This document shows positions 1 to 8,974 of a stretch of 64,000 nucleotides of DNA, one piece after another. Both the position numbers and the translations under genes were made by a program. The notes beneath the pieces are model-generated. The model worked only from the letters and a program-made list of their open reading frames with translations. It ran no database searches and was not told where the DNA came from. Within the stretch, counting starts at the first letter, position 1; each line of letters starts with the position of its first letter. The stretch covers positions 128,001 through 192,000 of the forward strand of contig JANRKS010000005.1 in the NCBI GenBank assembly GCA_033763315.1, given 5' to 3'. Source of the DNA: Deltaproteobacteria bacterium (GTDB taxonomy: Bacteria > Myxococcota_A > Polyangia > Fen-1088).

Positions 1-2
1 CC

Positions 3-1433
3 GTTCAGCAAAACGAGGCCGATGCGCACTACGCCGTGGCACTCGCCGTTGGAAAACAACTAACGGCCAGCGGCAGAGTGGCGGCGATGTTGGCGCCGTG
101 TGTTCCCACTGCTTCTGATAACTGCGTTGCCACGTTGATCGACCGGTTGGCGCCCCGGGTCCTAGGGCGCCCGCTTGCAAGCTCCGAGCGGAGTTTCTAC
201 ATGGGGATTGCCGGCACAGGGACTTTAGACACCATGGCACTCGGCGACATGTTGACGGTCTTATTCATGGCGCCGTCGATGGTCTTTCGCATTGAACACG
301 GGAGCGACACGAAGCTGCCCGACGGCCGCATTCGCTTGACGGACTACGAGCTGGCGCGGCGGCTTGCTTTACACTTGTGGCAGACGATTCCTGACGACGA
401 GTTGTGGCGCGCTGCCGAAGACGGCGCTCTGTCGAAAGACCAAGGCTACGCAGCCCAAGTGGATCGCATGCTCCACGACCCGCGGGCTCGGCAGGCCTCG
501 CAAGAGTTCATTCGCGAGTGGCTCAAACTTGACCACTACCCCGCTTTCCAAGATCTGGCGCAGAAGCCTCGCTATGTTGCGTTCGCGAGGGGTGCCTTGC
601 CAAGCGCGGGACTGCGGGACGCTATCACCCGTGAAGCCGTGGACATGGTCGACCACTATCTGTGGTCATCCGACGGGCATCTGGCCGACGTGCTTACATC
701 AAAGTTGGCGTTTCCTCGCTCGGTGGAGCTAGCGAAACTTTATGACTTGCCCGTATGGGATGGACAAGCGGATCCGCCTGAGTTTTCCGATCCCGATCGC
801 ACCGGCTTGCTCACGCGCGCAGCGATGCTCGCCACTTTGACGCCCAAGACGGTGGCACACGATGCCAGCACCCATCCCATCATCAAGGGCTTCTTTATCC
901 AGAAGTATCTGCTGTGTCGGGACTTCCCGCCGCCGCCTGCGAACGCAGGTACGCAAAACTTGGATGAGTTGAAGCCGGACATGAGTTCACGCCGCAAAGC
1001 TGAAGTGCAAACGGAGAGCTCGCCCAACTGTCGGTCCTGCCACGCGTTCATGAATCCCCTGGGCTATGTGACGGAAATGTTCGACTCGCTGGGGCGAAAA
1101 CGAGCAGAGGAAGTGGTGTTTGACGACCAGGGCAAGGAGCTGGCGCGCCGCCCGATCAACACGTTGACTACGCCAAGCTTGATCGACGGTGACAAGCGCA
1201 CCGTATCAACTCCGGCGGAACTTGTCGAAATGATCGAGCGAACGGGAGAAGCGGAGGCCTGCCTGGCTCGGAACTACTTTCGCTACACCATGAGCCGAGT
1301 CGAAGATCTTGACGCCGACGGTTGCTCCCTTGGGCGACTGAACAAAGCCTTAACCGATTCTGGCGGCGGCCTGCGGGCCATGGTGCGCCAAATGGTAACC
1401 GATTCGATGTTTAAGACCAGGAGCTTCCAATGA
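3..1433 (+). CDS. DUF1592/DUF1588/DUF1585-type (PSD/PSCyt) domain protein, 5'-truncated by the window edge
   Basis: Frame is open from position 3. Motifs YELARRLALHLWQTIPDDEL (DUF1592), GLLTRAAML, THPIIKG, CxxCH (NCRSCHAFMNPLG) and ACLARNYFRY. ATGA overlap with the DUF1552 gene. Confidence 0.85.
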   Translation, partial: VQQNEADAHYAVALAVGKQLTASGRVAAMLAPCVPTASDNCVATLIDRLAPRVLGRPLASSERSFYMGIAGTGTLDTMALGDMLTVLFMAPSMVFRIEHGSDTKLPDGRIRLTDYELARRLALHLWQTIPDDELWRAAEDGALSKDQGYAAQVDRMLHDPRARQASQEFIREWLKLDHYPAFQDLAQKPRYVAFARGALPSAGLRDAITREAVDMVDHYLWSSDGHLADVLTSKLAFPRSVELAKLYDLPVWDGQADPPEFSDPDRTGLLTRAAMLATLTPKTVAHDASTHPIIKGFFIQKYLLCRDFPPPPANAGTQNLDELKPDMSSRRKAEVQTESSPNCRSCHAFMNPLGYVTEMFDSLGRKRAEEVVFDDQGKELARRPINTLTTPSLIDGDKRTVSTPAELVEMIERTGEAEACLARNYFRYTMSRVEDLDADGCSLGRLNKALTDSGGGLRAMVRQMVTDSMFKTRSFQ

Positions 1434-3004
1434 CCACGACAAACCGATCGGCCCCAAGGGCGAATCGTCGACAAGTTCTCCGGGGAGCGGGCGGGTTTGC
1501 TTTGTCGTTGCCCTTTTTGCCTTCGCTGCTCCCACGGGCCATGGCGGCCCCGGTGCGAACGCCACGGTTCTTTCTGATGGCCACCGAGCACGGGGGCATT
1601 AAGAACGAGAACATGTTCCCTTCGGATGCGTCGCTGACCGACAAGAGTGAGCTGCGCCCCGGGCACCAGGTTAGCTACGGCAAGATCAAAGTGAGCACCC
1701 AGGGCAACGACGCCGTCGTCTCCGAGGTGCTTCGTGCCCCCGCCAGCAAGCTCAACCAGAGAATCGTCGATCGAATGAACGTGATGCGTGGCCTGAGCGT
1801 ACCGTTCGATCTGGGGCACAACACCGGCGGCGCCCTGGGCAACTACAACCGCACCAACAAAGAGCCGGCCAACCTACCCAGGCTCTACATTCCTACGATC
1901 GATCAGGTGATGGCGTGGTCGTCGTCGTTCTATCCCAACGCGGGCGCGATCCGGCAGCGCTCGATGCTCGTGGGCGAGGGCAACGGGTACTCGTACAACT
2001 ACGCAAATCCTGCCACGCGAACGGGCGAAGCCCAGGCGCAGGCGATCGAGCGCGACGCGCGGGTGATGTTCGACAAGGCGATTGGGCAGCCGATGGCGGG
2101 GCCCGCGCCGCGCAAGCCGGTCGTAGACAAGGTCATTGAAGAGTATCGATCGTTGCGCACGTCGAATCGTCGGTTATCACCCGGCGACAAGGTCACGCTT
2201 GACGCCTACATGCAGCGACTGTCCGAGATCGAGTCGCGGCTTGGTCAGCGGGTAGATTGTGGCAGCGCTACGCGCCCCGGCGTTGGTCAAGATTCCGATC
2301 CGCGCAAGTACTTCTCTACGCTGAATGACGTCATTGCCGCCGCGTTCATTTGCGGGTCCAGCCGTGTGGCCATCTACGGGATCACATCTCGTTTCGTGGT
2401 CAACACGCTGGGTGATTGGCATCAAGATGTGGCTCACGCGGCCAAGTCTGTGCCGGCGGCGCAGGAGCTGATCACCAGGTCGAACCGCGAAACCTTCAAC
2501 GCGACCATGCTCGACTTGGCAAACAAGCTCGACGTGGACAATGGGCAAGGTGGCACGTACCTGGACGATTGCCTGCTGGCGTGGGGGCAGGAATCGGGCT
2601 TTCCCTCGCACGACTACTCATCCACTCCTGTGGTCACCATTGGCGGCGCGGCAGGAGCATTCAATACGGGCCTGTATTGCGACTACCGCAACAAAACGCC
2701 GGGATACAGGCGCGAGGTTGAGTTCATTAACAACGTGCCGGTGTACGAATACGCTGGAATCCTGCACTCACAGTGGTTGGCCAGCGCGCTGAGAGCCATG
2801 GGCGTGCCGAAATCGGACTGGCCGAACGTCTCTGCCGACAACGCTGGCTACGGCGATGCCCGCGTTGGGTTTGGCTACGGCCGAACGATCATCGACAATA
2901 GCTGGAAGAAGGGGAGCGAGTGCTGCGGTTCCATCACTGACGCGAACCTGACCAAGATGATCGAGTTCGCGAACCAGCCGTTGCCCTTCATTGAGAAGGT
3001 TTAG
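1430..3004 (+). CDS. DUF1552 domain protein with Tat signal
   Basis: N-terminal NRRQVLRGAGG..LSLPFLPSL; DKVTLDAYMQRLSEIESRL helix; usual partner of DUF1592 proteins. Confidence 0.85.
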   Translation: MTTTNRSAPRANRRQVLRGAGGFALSLPFLPSLLPRAMAAPVRTPRFFLMATEHGGIKNENMFPSDASLTDKSELRPGHQVSYGKIKVSTQGNDAVVSEVLRAPASKLNQRIVDRMNVMRGLSVPFDLGHNTGGALGNYNRTNKEPANLPRLYIPTIDQVMAWSSSFYPNAGAIRQRSMLVGEGNGYSYNYANPATRTGEAQAQAIERDARVMFDKAIGQPMAGPAPRKPVVDKVIEEYRSLRTSNRRLSPGDKVTLDAYMQRLSEIESRLGQRVDCGSATRPGVGQDSDPRKYFSTLNDVIAAAFICGSSRVAIYGITSRFVVNTLGDWHQDVAHAAKSVPAAQELITRSNRETFNATMLDLANKLDVDNGQGGTYLDDCLLAWGQESGFPSHDYSSTPVVTIGGAAGAFNTGLYCDYRNKTPGYRREVEFINNVPVYEYAGILHSQWLASALRAMGVPKSDWPNVSADNAGYGDARVGFGYGRTIIDNSWKKGSECCGSITDANLTKMIEFANQPLPFIEKV

Positions 3005-3203
3005 GAGAAGGTGCCTCCAGCCTCCAGCCCCAACGCGGTAAAGCGGCCAAGCGAGCTGATGTTGTCGTCGAGAAGTGGTGTCAGAGTTTGGTGTAACCCC
3101 CGCGTCGCTGGACGCCGGCACAGCGGATATGGCACATCCTCTGGCGACTTAGGTGTAATGGCCACAAAAAAGTCGGCGTGGCGCTTAAGCTGTAAGGGGC
3201 GGG

Positions 3204-4865
3204 TCAGCGCCTTCTCACAGCGCTCCAATCAAGCCGAAGTTGTCCATCCGTGAAAACGAGTGCCTTTTCGCTCAGGCCCGTTGAGCCGTTTGTGATTGAT
3301 TCGTGCACGTTGACGGCTGGCGCAAGCACGACGTCGCGCCCTTGTGCAAACGACTGCGTTTTCACCAACGCCCAATAGGCCTTGTCTAGGGCAAGCGCGC
3401 GGGCGCGCGACGGTAGCAGGAGTTGATCGATGCCCGCTTCACCAAGGTTTCGCACCTGCTCTTCGTTCAAGTCGCCGCCGGTGAAGAAGCGCTCCAAAAG
3501 TTCGGCGTTGCTGCGGAACTCATCACCGCCTTTCACGCGACGAAAGTACGTCAAGATCTCGGGCTCCTTGTGTTTAAGCTGCGGCACATCTGCGATGCCG
3601 CGAAGATCTTGATGCGCCCAACCTGCTTTGCCAGGAACCTTGCGTGGGAACGCGAACGTTTGGTCCAGCGTGATCCCGAGGTTTGTGTGGCAGCCCATGC
3701 AGAATAGATGTTCCTCATGCGTTTGCAGGCGAAGCCTGCCTTCGGCGTCTTCGATAAACCCTTGCAATCGCCAGCCGAAATCGTTTACGAAGCCTGCCAG
3801 CGGCTCACCTTGAACAACGGGCGGCTTTCCCTCCTCGCGTTCGTTCTGTTCGCGCTCGTAGTTGGATATGATCTTCCAGCGTTCAATATCGAACTGCTTG
3901 CGTGAGTAACGCAGCTCTTTGAAGCGGGTTGCGAGGTGGCTTGGAACGTCTGGATCCAAATAACGAACCGAATGGAGGAACTCCGTGCCTTCAGGATAAA
4001 GACTGCGCTGCACGGGAACGGAAGCCGCATCACCCAAGTATTGCGTGGGTAAGCCCCGAAGCTGGGTGGTCACGCCGCGCGCGCCGTCTTTGTTTAAGTC
4101 AACGCCCAGCTTGGTCTCGTCGAGAGGTTCGACTGTCCACGAAAGATCGGCTGCCAAAACATCTGGATCGCTTCCAAAGGACGCTTCAAGAATGGCGAGA
4201 TTCGCCTTGTACACTTCCGCATCAGGCTTGCCGTGGCTTTGGCCGAAGCGCTCGGGCAGCCGAATCATCACATCGTCTGTGGAACCATTCGTTGGCCAGA
4301 ACGGCCCTGGGAATGGTTTGTATCGAAACGCGCGCCAGCGGCTGCCGTCGCGGGCAAAACCCTCTTCATCGAAGCCTGTTGCAAAGTTGAGATCGGGCCG
4401 ATATCCCGAATAGTCGGAGCGCGATCGCAAGGCCTCTTGCAGGCCTGCGTAGTTGTCTTGTCGCACGTGACGAAGTACGGCTTCGTCTGTGATTTGCGCA
4501 GTGGCCTCGCGCCTATCTTCAAATAGGTTGCGCCAATGGTTTGTTAGCCCTGGCTCGCTAAACGCATATTCCTTCTGCAGGCGCCAATCGCTCATTAAAT
4601 TCGGAAAACGCGATTCACTGTGGCACGTCCAACATGGGTTGGACGCTCCGTCGGTCTTTGTGTAGCACTGTGCTGGAATGCCAGCCTCTACATTGCTCAC
4701 TTGACCACGCGTGGCAGCCGCGAGCGCGAGCGGGTCGTAGTCAAGCGCTTTTCGTTCACTTTGAGTAGGGGTGCCACCCGAGGGCGCGTCACAATGCCAA
4801 AGGCCCCAACCCGCAGCTAACGTGACAATCGGCAGGCCCGCGAGGAAGACTCGATGAAGTTTCAT
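3204..4865 (-). CDS. Exported diheme c-type protein, probably BthA-like (PhoX-linked bCcP/MauG superfamily)
   Basis: Signal-like N-terminus; two widely spaced CxxCH motifs (NPCWTCHS, FCMGCHT); 553 aa; 66 bp downstream of phoX on the same strand. The BthA assignment rests on size, heme count and context. Confidence 0.65.
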   Translation of the reverse strand: MKLHRVFLAGLPIVTLAAGWGLWHCDAPSGGTPTQSERKALDYDPLALAAATRGQVSNVEAGIPAQCYTKTDGASNPCWTCHSESRFPNLMSDWRLQKEYAFSEPGLTNHWRNLFEDRREATAQITDEAVLRHVRQDNYAGLQEALRSRSDYSGYRPDLNFATGFDEEGFARDGSRWRAFRYKPFPGPFWPTNGSTDDVMIRLPERFGQSHGKPDAEVYKANLAILEASFGSDPDVLAADLSWTVEPLDETKLGVDLNKDGARGVTTQLRGLPTQYLGDAASVPVQRSLYPEGTEFLHSVRYLDPDVPSHLATRFKELRYSRKQFDIERWKIISNYEREQNEREEGKPPVVQGEPLAGFVNDFGWRLQGFIEDAEGRLRLQTHEEHLFCMGCHTNLGITLDQTFAFPRKVPGKAGWAHQDLRGIADVPQLKHKEPEILTYFRRVKGGDEFRSNAELLERFFTGGDLNEEQVRNLGEAGIDQLLLPSRARALALDKAYWALVKTQSFAQGRDVVLAPAVNVHESITNGSTGLSEKALVFTDGQLRLDWSAVRRR

Positions 4866-4931
4866 GTGCTGTACAACGCAGAAGCCGCTGCGGCACCCCA
4901 GGGCCCCGCAGCGGCTTTAGAAGGTGCAATA

Positions 4932-7247
4932 TTAAGGTTGCGACCAGGGCCAGTTGCTAAAGCGCGATTCGCCAGGATGTTGGACGTTGAAGAACAACGT
5001 CCTTCCATCGGGCGTAAACGCGGGACCTGTGGCTTCAGAATCACTAGGACCTGCGACCACGCGGAAGCCACGGTGGGTGCCGTTGGCTAACGTTGTGCTC
5101 ATATCAACGAAGTACAACCCATCGCCTTGCGAACCGTTGACGCTTGGGTTTCCATCGGTGCCAAACCAAAGGTTGCCCTCGGGGTCGATTACCAAATTGT
5201 CGGGAGCGCCTGCGTCGAACGAACCCTTTTTGTTGTCGCCCAACCAAACGGCGTAAAAAGAGAAGGCACCGGTGTTAGCGAAGTCGTCCCCGGCTTCTTT
5301 CAATGCAAACACAGAGCCCGGCGCATCGTTGCGACGGTTCGCTGGTTCGCCTTGGGTTTCGCCACGTTTGGCCGCATTGTCTCGCTTGTCAAGCTTGCCA
5401 TCGGCAAACAAGAAATTGTTCCCGGTGTGATTCGTGAACGCGATGTACAGACGGTTGTCGAACGGACTCCACTCGATGTCTTCAGGTCGGTTCAGCTCGC
5501 GCACGCCGATCTTGTGTTCTGCCGTAAACAAGCTTTGCTTTACGGTGTTGTCGTTCGCGAAGCCGCCAAGATCGTTCCAAGTCATGCTCTTCAAAGCAGC
5601 GCCCACTTTCGTGCCAGCTCCCAAGGCCGCTGCGTTGGGGGCGTCGTCGGTTGTGTTGTCAACGCTCAGCAAGATCCATTTGCCGTTGCCCGGTGCTGCC
5701 GCCGATGGTGTGGTGCCGTTGTTGATCGTCTTGCCTGTGTTGTTATCGAGGTCAGCGAAGTGAGCCACATAGATGTAGCCGTCCGCCAACATGTCGCGGA
5801 TCTGCTTTTTGGTCATGCCGGTGGTGTAGTTGGTTTTGGAAACCCACTTATAAAGACGCCCGCCGCGGCGATCACTGGCTGCGTAGATCACGATGGGCTT
5901 TCCGTTAACGAGCTGCCAGCTGTTGTTGGTAGCCACCGAGGCGTTTTCCCAACGTGCGCGACCGAAGCTGCCGAGCTTTTGATGGCCTACGCCCATGTCG
6001 TCGTAGAACTTATCGGCTGGCTTGCCTGGATCGAATTCAACCAAATAGCCGTAGAAGTCTCGGTTGTTCTTGCCCTTCGACGACCGGCCAAAGTCGCTGC
6101 TGCTCGTGGGCGCCACGTTAAAGGTGATGTTTTTGCCTGCGTCGCAAACGCCACCAGGGATGAAGGTGTTGTTGCCGCTCCAGCAGTCTTCAAGATCGCC
6201 GTAGAAGTCCTGCACGTTCTCTTCTCCGCTCAAGACGGTTCCCCAAGGCGTGTGGCCTCCCGAGCAGTTGTTGCTGGTTCCCGCCACAACACCCGCGGGC
6301 AAGGCCGCGCCGTTGTCGTCCGTATTGCCCGCGGATAGGGTCATCCCTGTAACCTTGATCCGCGTTGCACTGGTCGCGTCGTATCGCACGTTAGCGGCGG
6401 CGCGATCGATCACCCACTGACCACTGGCAGGATCCTGAACTGTGCGGACCCATGAGCCACCTATTTGGCGTTTTACGCCTACAACAAATTGATCTACGGT
6501 CGCTTGTGTCCACGATGCGCCCGCGCCGATGTCGAAGTTCAACAAATTGCGTGAACGCATCCACTTCGCAAGCTTGGTGTACGACCCAGCCGGCGGAGTG
6601 TTGACGCCTGCGATGCTGCCCGAAACATACTCGTGGTTAACGAAGAACCAGCCTGAAGCGCTGCTGCCGCCGTAGAAGCCAGGCAACGTGCCGTCAGGAG
6701 TGTCTCCGAAGTAGGCGATGTAATCGTTGTTATCGCCGAAGCGGGGCGCCACTTTGCCGTCCTTTTCTTCAACGGAATCATCCCACGTCAAAGGCTCCAA
6801 CCATCGAACAACAACGTTCGATTGCAAACCTTTGATGGCCCTTACCGTGTCTGTGGACGCCGGTGCGAGTGGAAAGCCAGGCGTGCTGGTGGCGTTCGCG
6901 TTGTATTGCGCGACCAAAGCCTTGACCATCGTGGGGATGCTTTGTGTGCCATTCGCAACAACCGCCACCAATCCCGACACCGAGCCAATCTCAGCAAGCG
7001 ATGTGCCCGGGAGACCTGGGGCGCCCACTTCGCCTTGCGCACCTGCATCGCCCGCTGGGCCAGCGCTGCCTGGGGCGCCAGGAGCTCCAGGAGCACCTGG
7101 CGCTCCAGGCGTACCTGGTGCACCCACTGGCCCGACCGGCCCGGCGGCTCCTGGGTCACCCTTGTCGCCCGAACATGCACCAACAGCCAGTGTGCCCCAC
7201 AACGCCAAAGCGCTCGTTCCAAACTTTCCCGCAGTTCTTCGATACAT
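4932..7247 (-). CDS. phoX: PhoX-family (DUF839) alkaline phosphatase, lipoprotein with collagen-like N-terminal stalk
   Basis: PhoX motifs NHEY, NCSGGHTPWGTVLSGEEN, GRARWEN, RPEDI, PDNL, GTDG, EATG, NVQHP; lipobox-like AVGAC25; AGGAGG RBS upstream. Confidence 0.9.
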   Translation of the reverse strand: MYRRTAGKFGTSALALWGTLAVGACSGDKGDPGAAGPVGPVGAPGTPGAPGAPGAPGAPGSAGPAGDAGAQGEVGAPGLPGTSLAEIGSVSGLVAVVANGTQSIPTMVKALVAQYNANATSTPGFPLAPASTDTVRAIKGLQSNVVVRWLEPLTWDDSVEEKDGKVAPRFGDNNDYIAYFGDTPDGTLPGFYGGSSASGWFFVNHEYVSGSIAGVNTPPAGSYTKLAKWMRSRNLLNFDIGAGASWTQATVDQFVVGVKRQIGGSWVRTVQDPASGQWVIDRAAANVRYDATSATRIKVTGMTLSAGNTDDNGAALPAGVVAGTSNNCSGGHTPWGTVLSGEENVQDFYGDLEDCWSGNNTFIPGGVCDAGKNITFNVAPTSSSDFGRSSKGKNNRDFYGYLVEFDPGKPADKFYDDMGVGHQKLGSFGRARWENASVATNNSWQLVNGKPIVIYAASDRRGGRLYKWVSKTNYTTGMTKKQIRDMLADGYIYVAHFADLDNNTGKTINNGTTPSAAAPGNGKWILLSVDNTTDDAPNAAALGAGTKVGAALKSMTWNDLGGFANDNTVKQSLFTAEHKIGVRELNRPEDIEWSPFDNRLYIAFTNHTGNNFLFADGKLDKRDNAAKRGETQGEPANRRNDAPGSVFALKEAGDDFANTGAFSFYAVWLGDNKKGSFDAGAPDNLVIDPEGNLWFGTDGNPSVNGSQGDGLYFVDMSTTLANGTHRGFRVVAGPSDSEATGPAFTPDGRTLFFNVQHPGESRFSNWPWSQP
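6999..7169 (-). repeat. Collagen-like (Gly-X-Y)19 repeat inside phoX
   Basis: Residues 27-83 read GDK GDP GAA GPV GPV GAP GTP GAP GAP GAP GAP GSA GPA GDA GAQ GEV GAP GLP GTS. Confidence 0.95.
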
Positions 7248-7378
7248 TTAGCCTCCTAGTATTTGATCGCTAAGAGGCATCATGAAGGTCGCGGCGACGC
7301 GAACGAGTGGCAGGTTTGAAACGCTTCTGCTGCAGTCAGTTCACCGAAGCGTCGCAATCGTGTTTCAAGAAGGGCAGG

Positions 7379-7909
7379 GTGCGGTGTCGGCACACCATAG
7401 GGCTCTTCATTGCATTGCAGGCCGCGGCGTGTGACCCATCGGCGATGCCAATGCCAATCGCGCGAGGCGATGCGCCTGCTGATGGCGCCGTTGATCTGAT
7501 GATCGCAGGAGACGCTGGCGCCGATGCCGCTCTACACGAGGATGGCGTGGTGGTGATCGTTGATGCGCTCAGCGAAGCCGCAGATGCAGCAGTGCCCCCC
7601 GACAAGGTCGTGCAATCGTGCCTAGCGGCCGACTACGTCGATCGTACGCAAGTGGTGGCCGACCGCGTGCTGGCCTGGAGCCACGGCTTTAGCGATGACG
7701 AGCGATGCCTCGTGGTGCGCGTGGGTCAGACTGTCGTTTGGCAGGGCAGTTTGAGCACGCATCCACTTGATGCGGAGGGTGGCGATTCCCCCAACCCGAT
7801 CGTTTCGCACAGCGATGGCGTTGTGACATTTCGCAGCCCCGGCACCTTTGGGTACGTGTGTGGAGCCGCTCACGCAGGCATGTATGGCGCCATCCACGTT
7901 GTGCCCTAA
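7379..7909 (+). CDS. Cupredoxin (plastocyanin/azurin-like type-1 Cu) lipoprotein
   Basis: THPL His plus FGYVCGAAHAGM (Cys-His-Met loop); lipobox-like AAAC; acidic Ala-rich linker. Start uncertain (GTG 7379 chosen; the ORF is open from 7307). Confidence 0.75.
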   Translation: MRCRHTIGLFIALQAAACDPSAMPMPIARGDAPADGAVDLMIAGDAGADAALHEDGVVVIVDALSEAADAAVPPDKVVQSCLAADYVDRTQVVADRVLAWSHGFSDDERCLVVRVGQTVVWQGSLSTHPLDAEGGDSPNPIVSHSDGVVTFRSPGTFGYVCGAAHAGMYGAIHVVP

Positions 7910-8002
7910 ACACGAAAGTCTTGTGTGGGCCTAAACGAGTACCAGTTGCGTTGGACTTGCCATCCACCGGCCACAACCACACGGACGTTTCCCTTGAGAA
8001 CT

Positions 8003-8152
8003 TTACATGCTCTTTCGGTCCAAGATCAGGTACAGCGTCAAAATGATCACGATGGCGCCTGCCATCATGTTGGGGAGAGCCGTTTGACCCCAGACAACCG
8101 AACGCCCCAAGTCACCGGCAAACGCCGACGATACCGAAACAAGTGGTACCAT
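8003..8152 (-). pseudogene. Possible remnant of the last TM helices of an EamA/DMT transporter
   Basis: VVWGQTALPNMMAGAIVIILTLYLI resembles DMT C-terminal helices; no room for a full gene. Confidence 0.3.
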
Positions 8153-8181
8153 CGGCGCGTTTGTCGCCGTGGAGCGGAGGG

Positions 8182-8832
8182 CTAGGGCTTCAACACCTTG
8201 AACGCGTGGTTCCACTGGTTGCGCAAGAATCCTGGCAAACACCAAACGATGCACAACGGTTCAATCGCGCGCGCACCCGCGGCCGTGCCCATGTCTTCTA
8301 CGTCCCAACCGAATTGATCCAGGATCTGTCCCACTTTGGTCTTCGCGGCGGCGTCGTTGCCTGCGATGAACATGGTGGGGCGGCCACCTGGATAGGATGG
8401 GTTGACCATCTGTGCACTGCCCACGCTTGAGAACGCCTTCACGAATTTGGCGTCAGGGTGTTCAGCCTGCAGCTTTTCCATCAACGACGAGGTCAGATCG
8501 GTGAAGAACTTCAGCACGCCTTGTTCGGGCGGCGCTTCGGCGATGGGGTTGGTGGCATCGATCACGAGCTTGCCCTTGAGATTGGCTGCTCCCGCGAGCT
8601 TCAAAGCTTCCGAGGCCACGGTGCCTTTGACCGCCAGCACCACGATATCGCCCGCCGCCGCCGCTTCGGCGAATGTGCCCAAGGCCACGCCTTGACCCGC
8701 CGCCGCTTGCCAGGCTTTAAGCTTTTCGGGCTCGCGGCTGCCGATCGTCACGTCATAACCGTGCCGTTTGAATCCAGCCGCCAGCACTTGCCCCACCTGT
8801 CCCGAACCGAGTACGCCAACTTTTTGAGCCAT
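8182..8832 (-). CDS. NADP-dependent oxidoreductase (F420-dependent NADP reductase / dinucleotide-binding family)
   Basis: VGVLGSGQVG Rossmann motif, IDATNP, FVKAF, IEPL; purine-rich RBS before ATG 8832. Confidence 0.85.
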   Translation of the reverse strand: MAQKVGVLGSGQVGQVLAAGFKRHGYDVTIGSREPEKLKAWQAAAGQGVALGTFAEAAAAGDIVVLAVKGTVASEALKLAGAANLKGKLVIDATNPIAEAPPEQGVLKFFTDLTSSLMEKLQAEHPDAKFVKAFSSVGSAQMVNPSYPGGRPTMFIAGNDAAAKTKVGQILDQFGWDVEDMGTAAGARAIEPLCIVWCLPGFLRNQWNHAFKVLKP

Positions 8833-8974
8833 GTGTAACCTTTCTTGTGTCCCGCAAAAGATGCTCGTGGGCGGCATAGGTTACGTGCGGTCAAGCTGAA
8901 AGGCTGGGTGTTCCAAAGCTCTGGGCGTTGCTGCCACACGAGCATCGACCCCATCCTTCGTGCATAATGTCGCC

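Noticed and set aside
3143-3200. tRNA-like 5' half (GGCGACTTAGGTGTAATGGCCAC)
   Set aside because: No anticodon arm, no T-loop (GTTCRA) and no matching 3' acceptor strand.
5127-6338. 403-aa plus-strand ORF
   Set aside because: Antisense shadow of phoX with no motifs; expected in GC-rich coding DNA.
6727-7251. Plus-strand ORF that also reads PGAPGAPGAP
   Set aside because: Artefact of Gly/Pro codon complementarity opposite the collagen repeat.
7280-7370. Possible PHO box upstream of phoX
   Set aside because: Only a single GTTCAC/GTCA-like half-site; no convincing 11-bp-periodic repeat.
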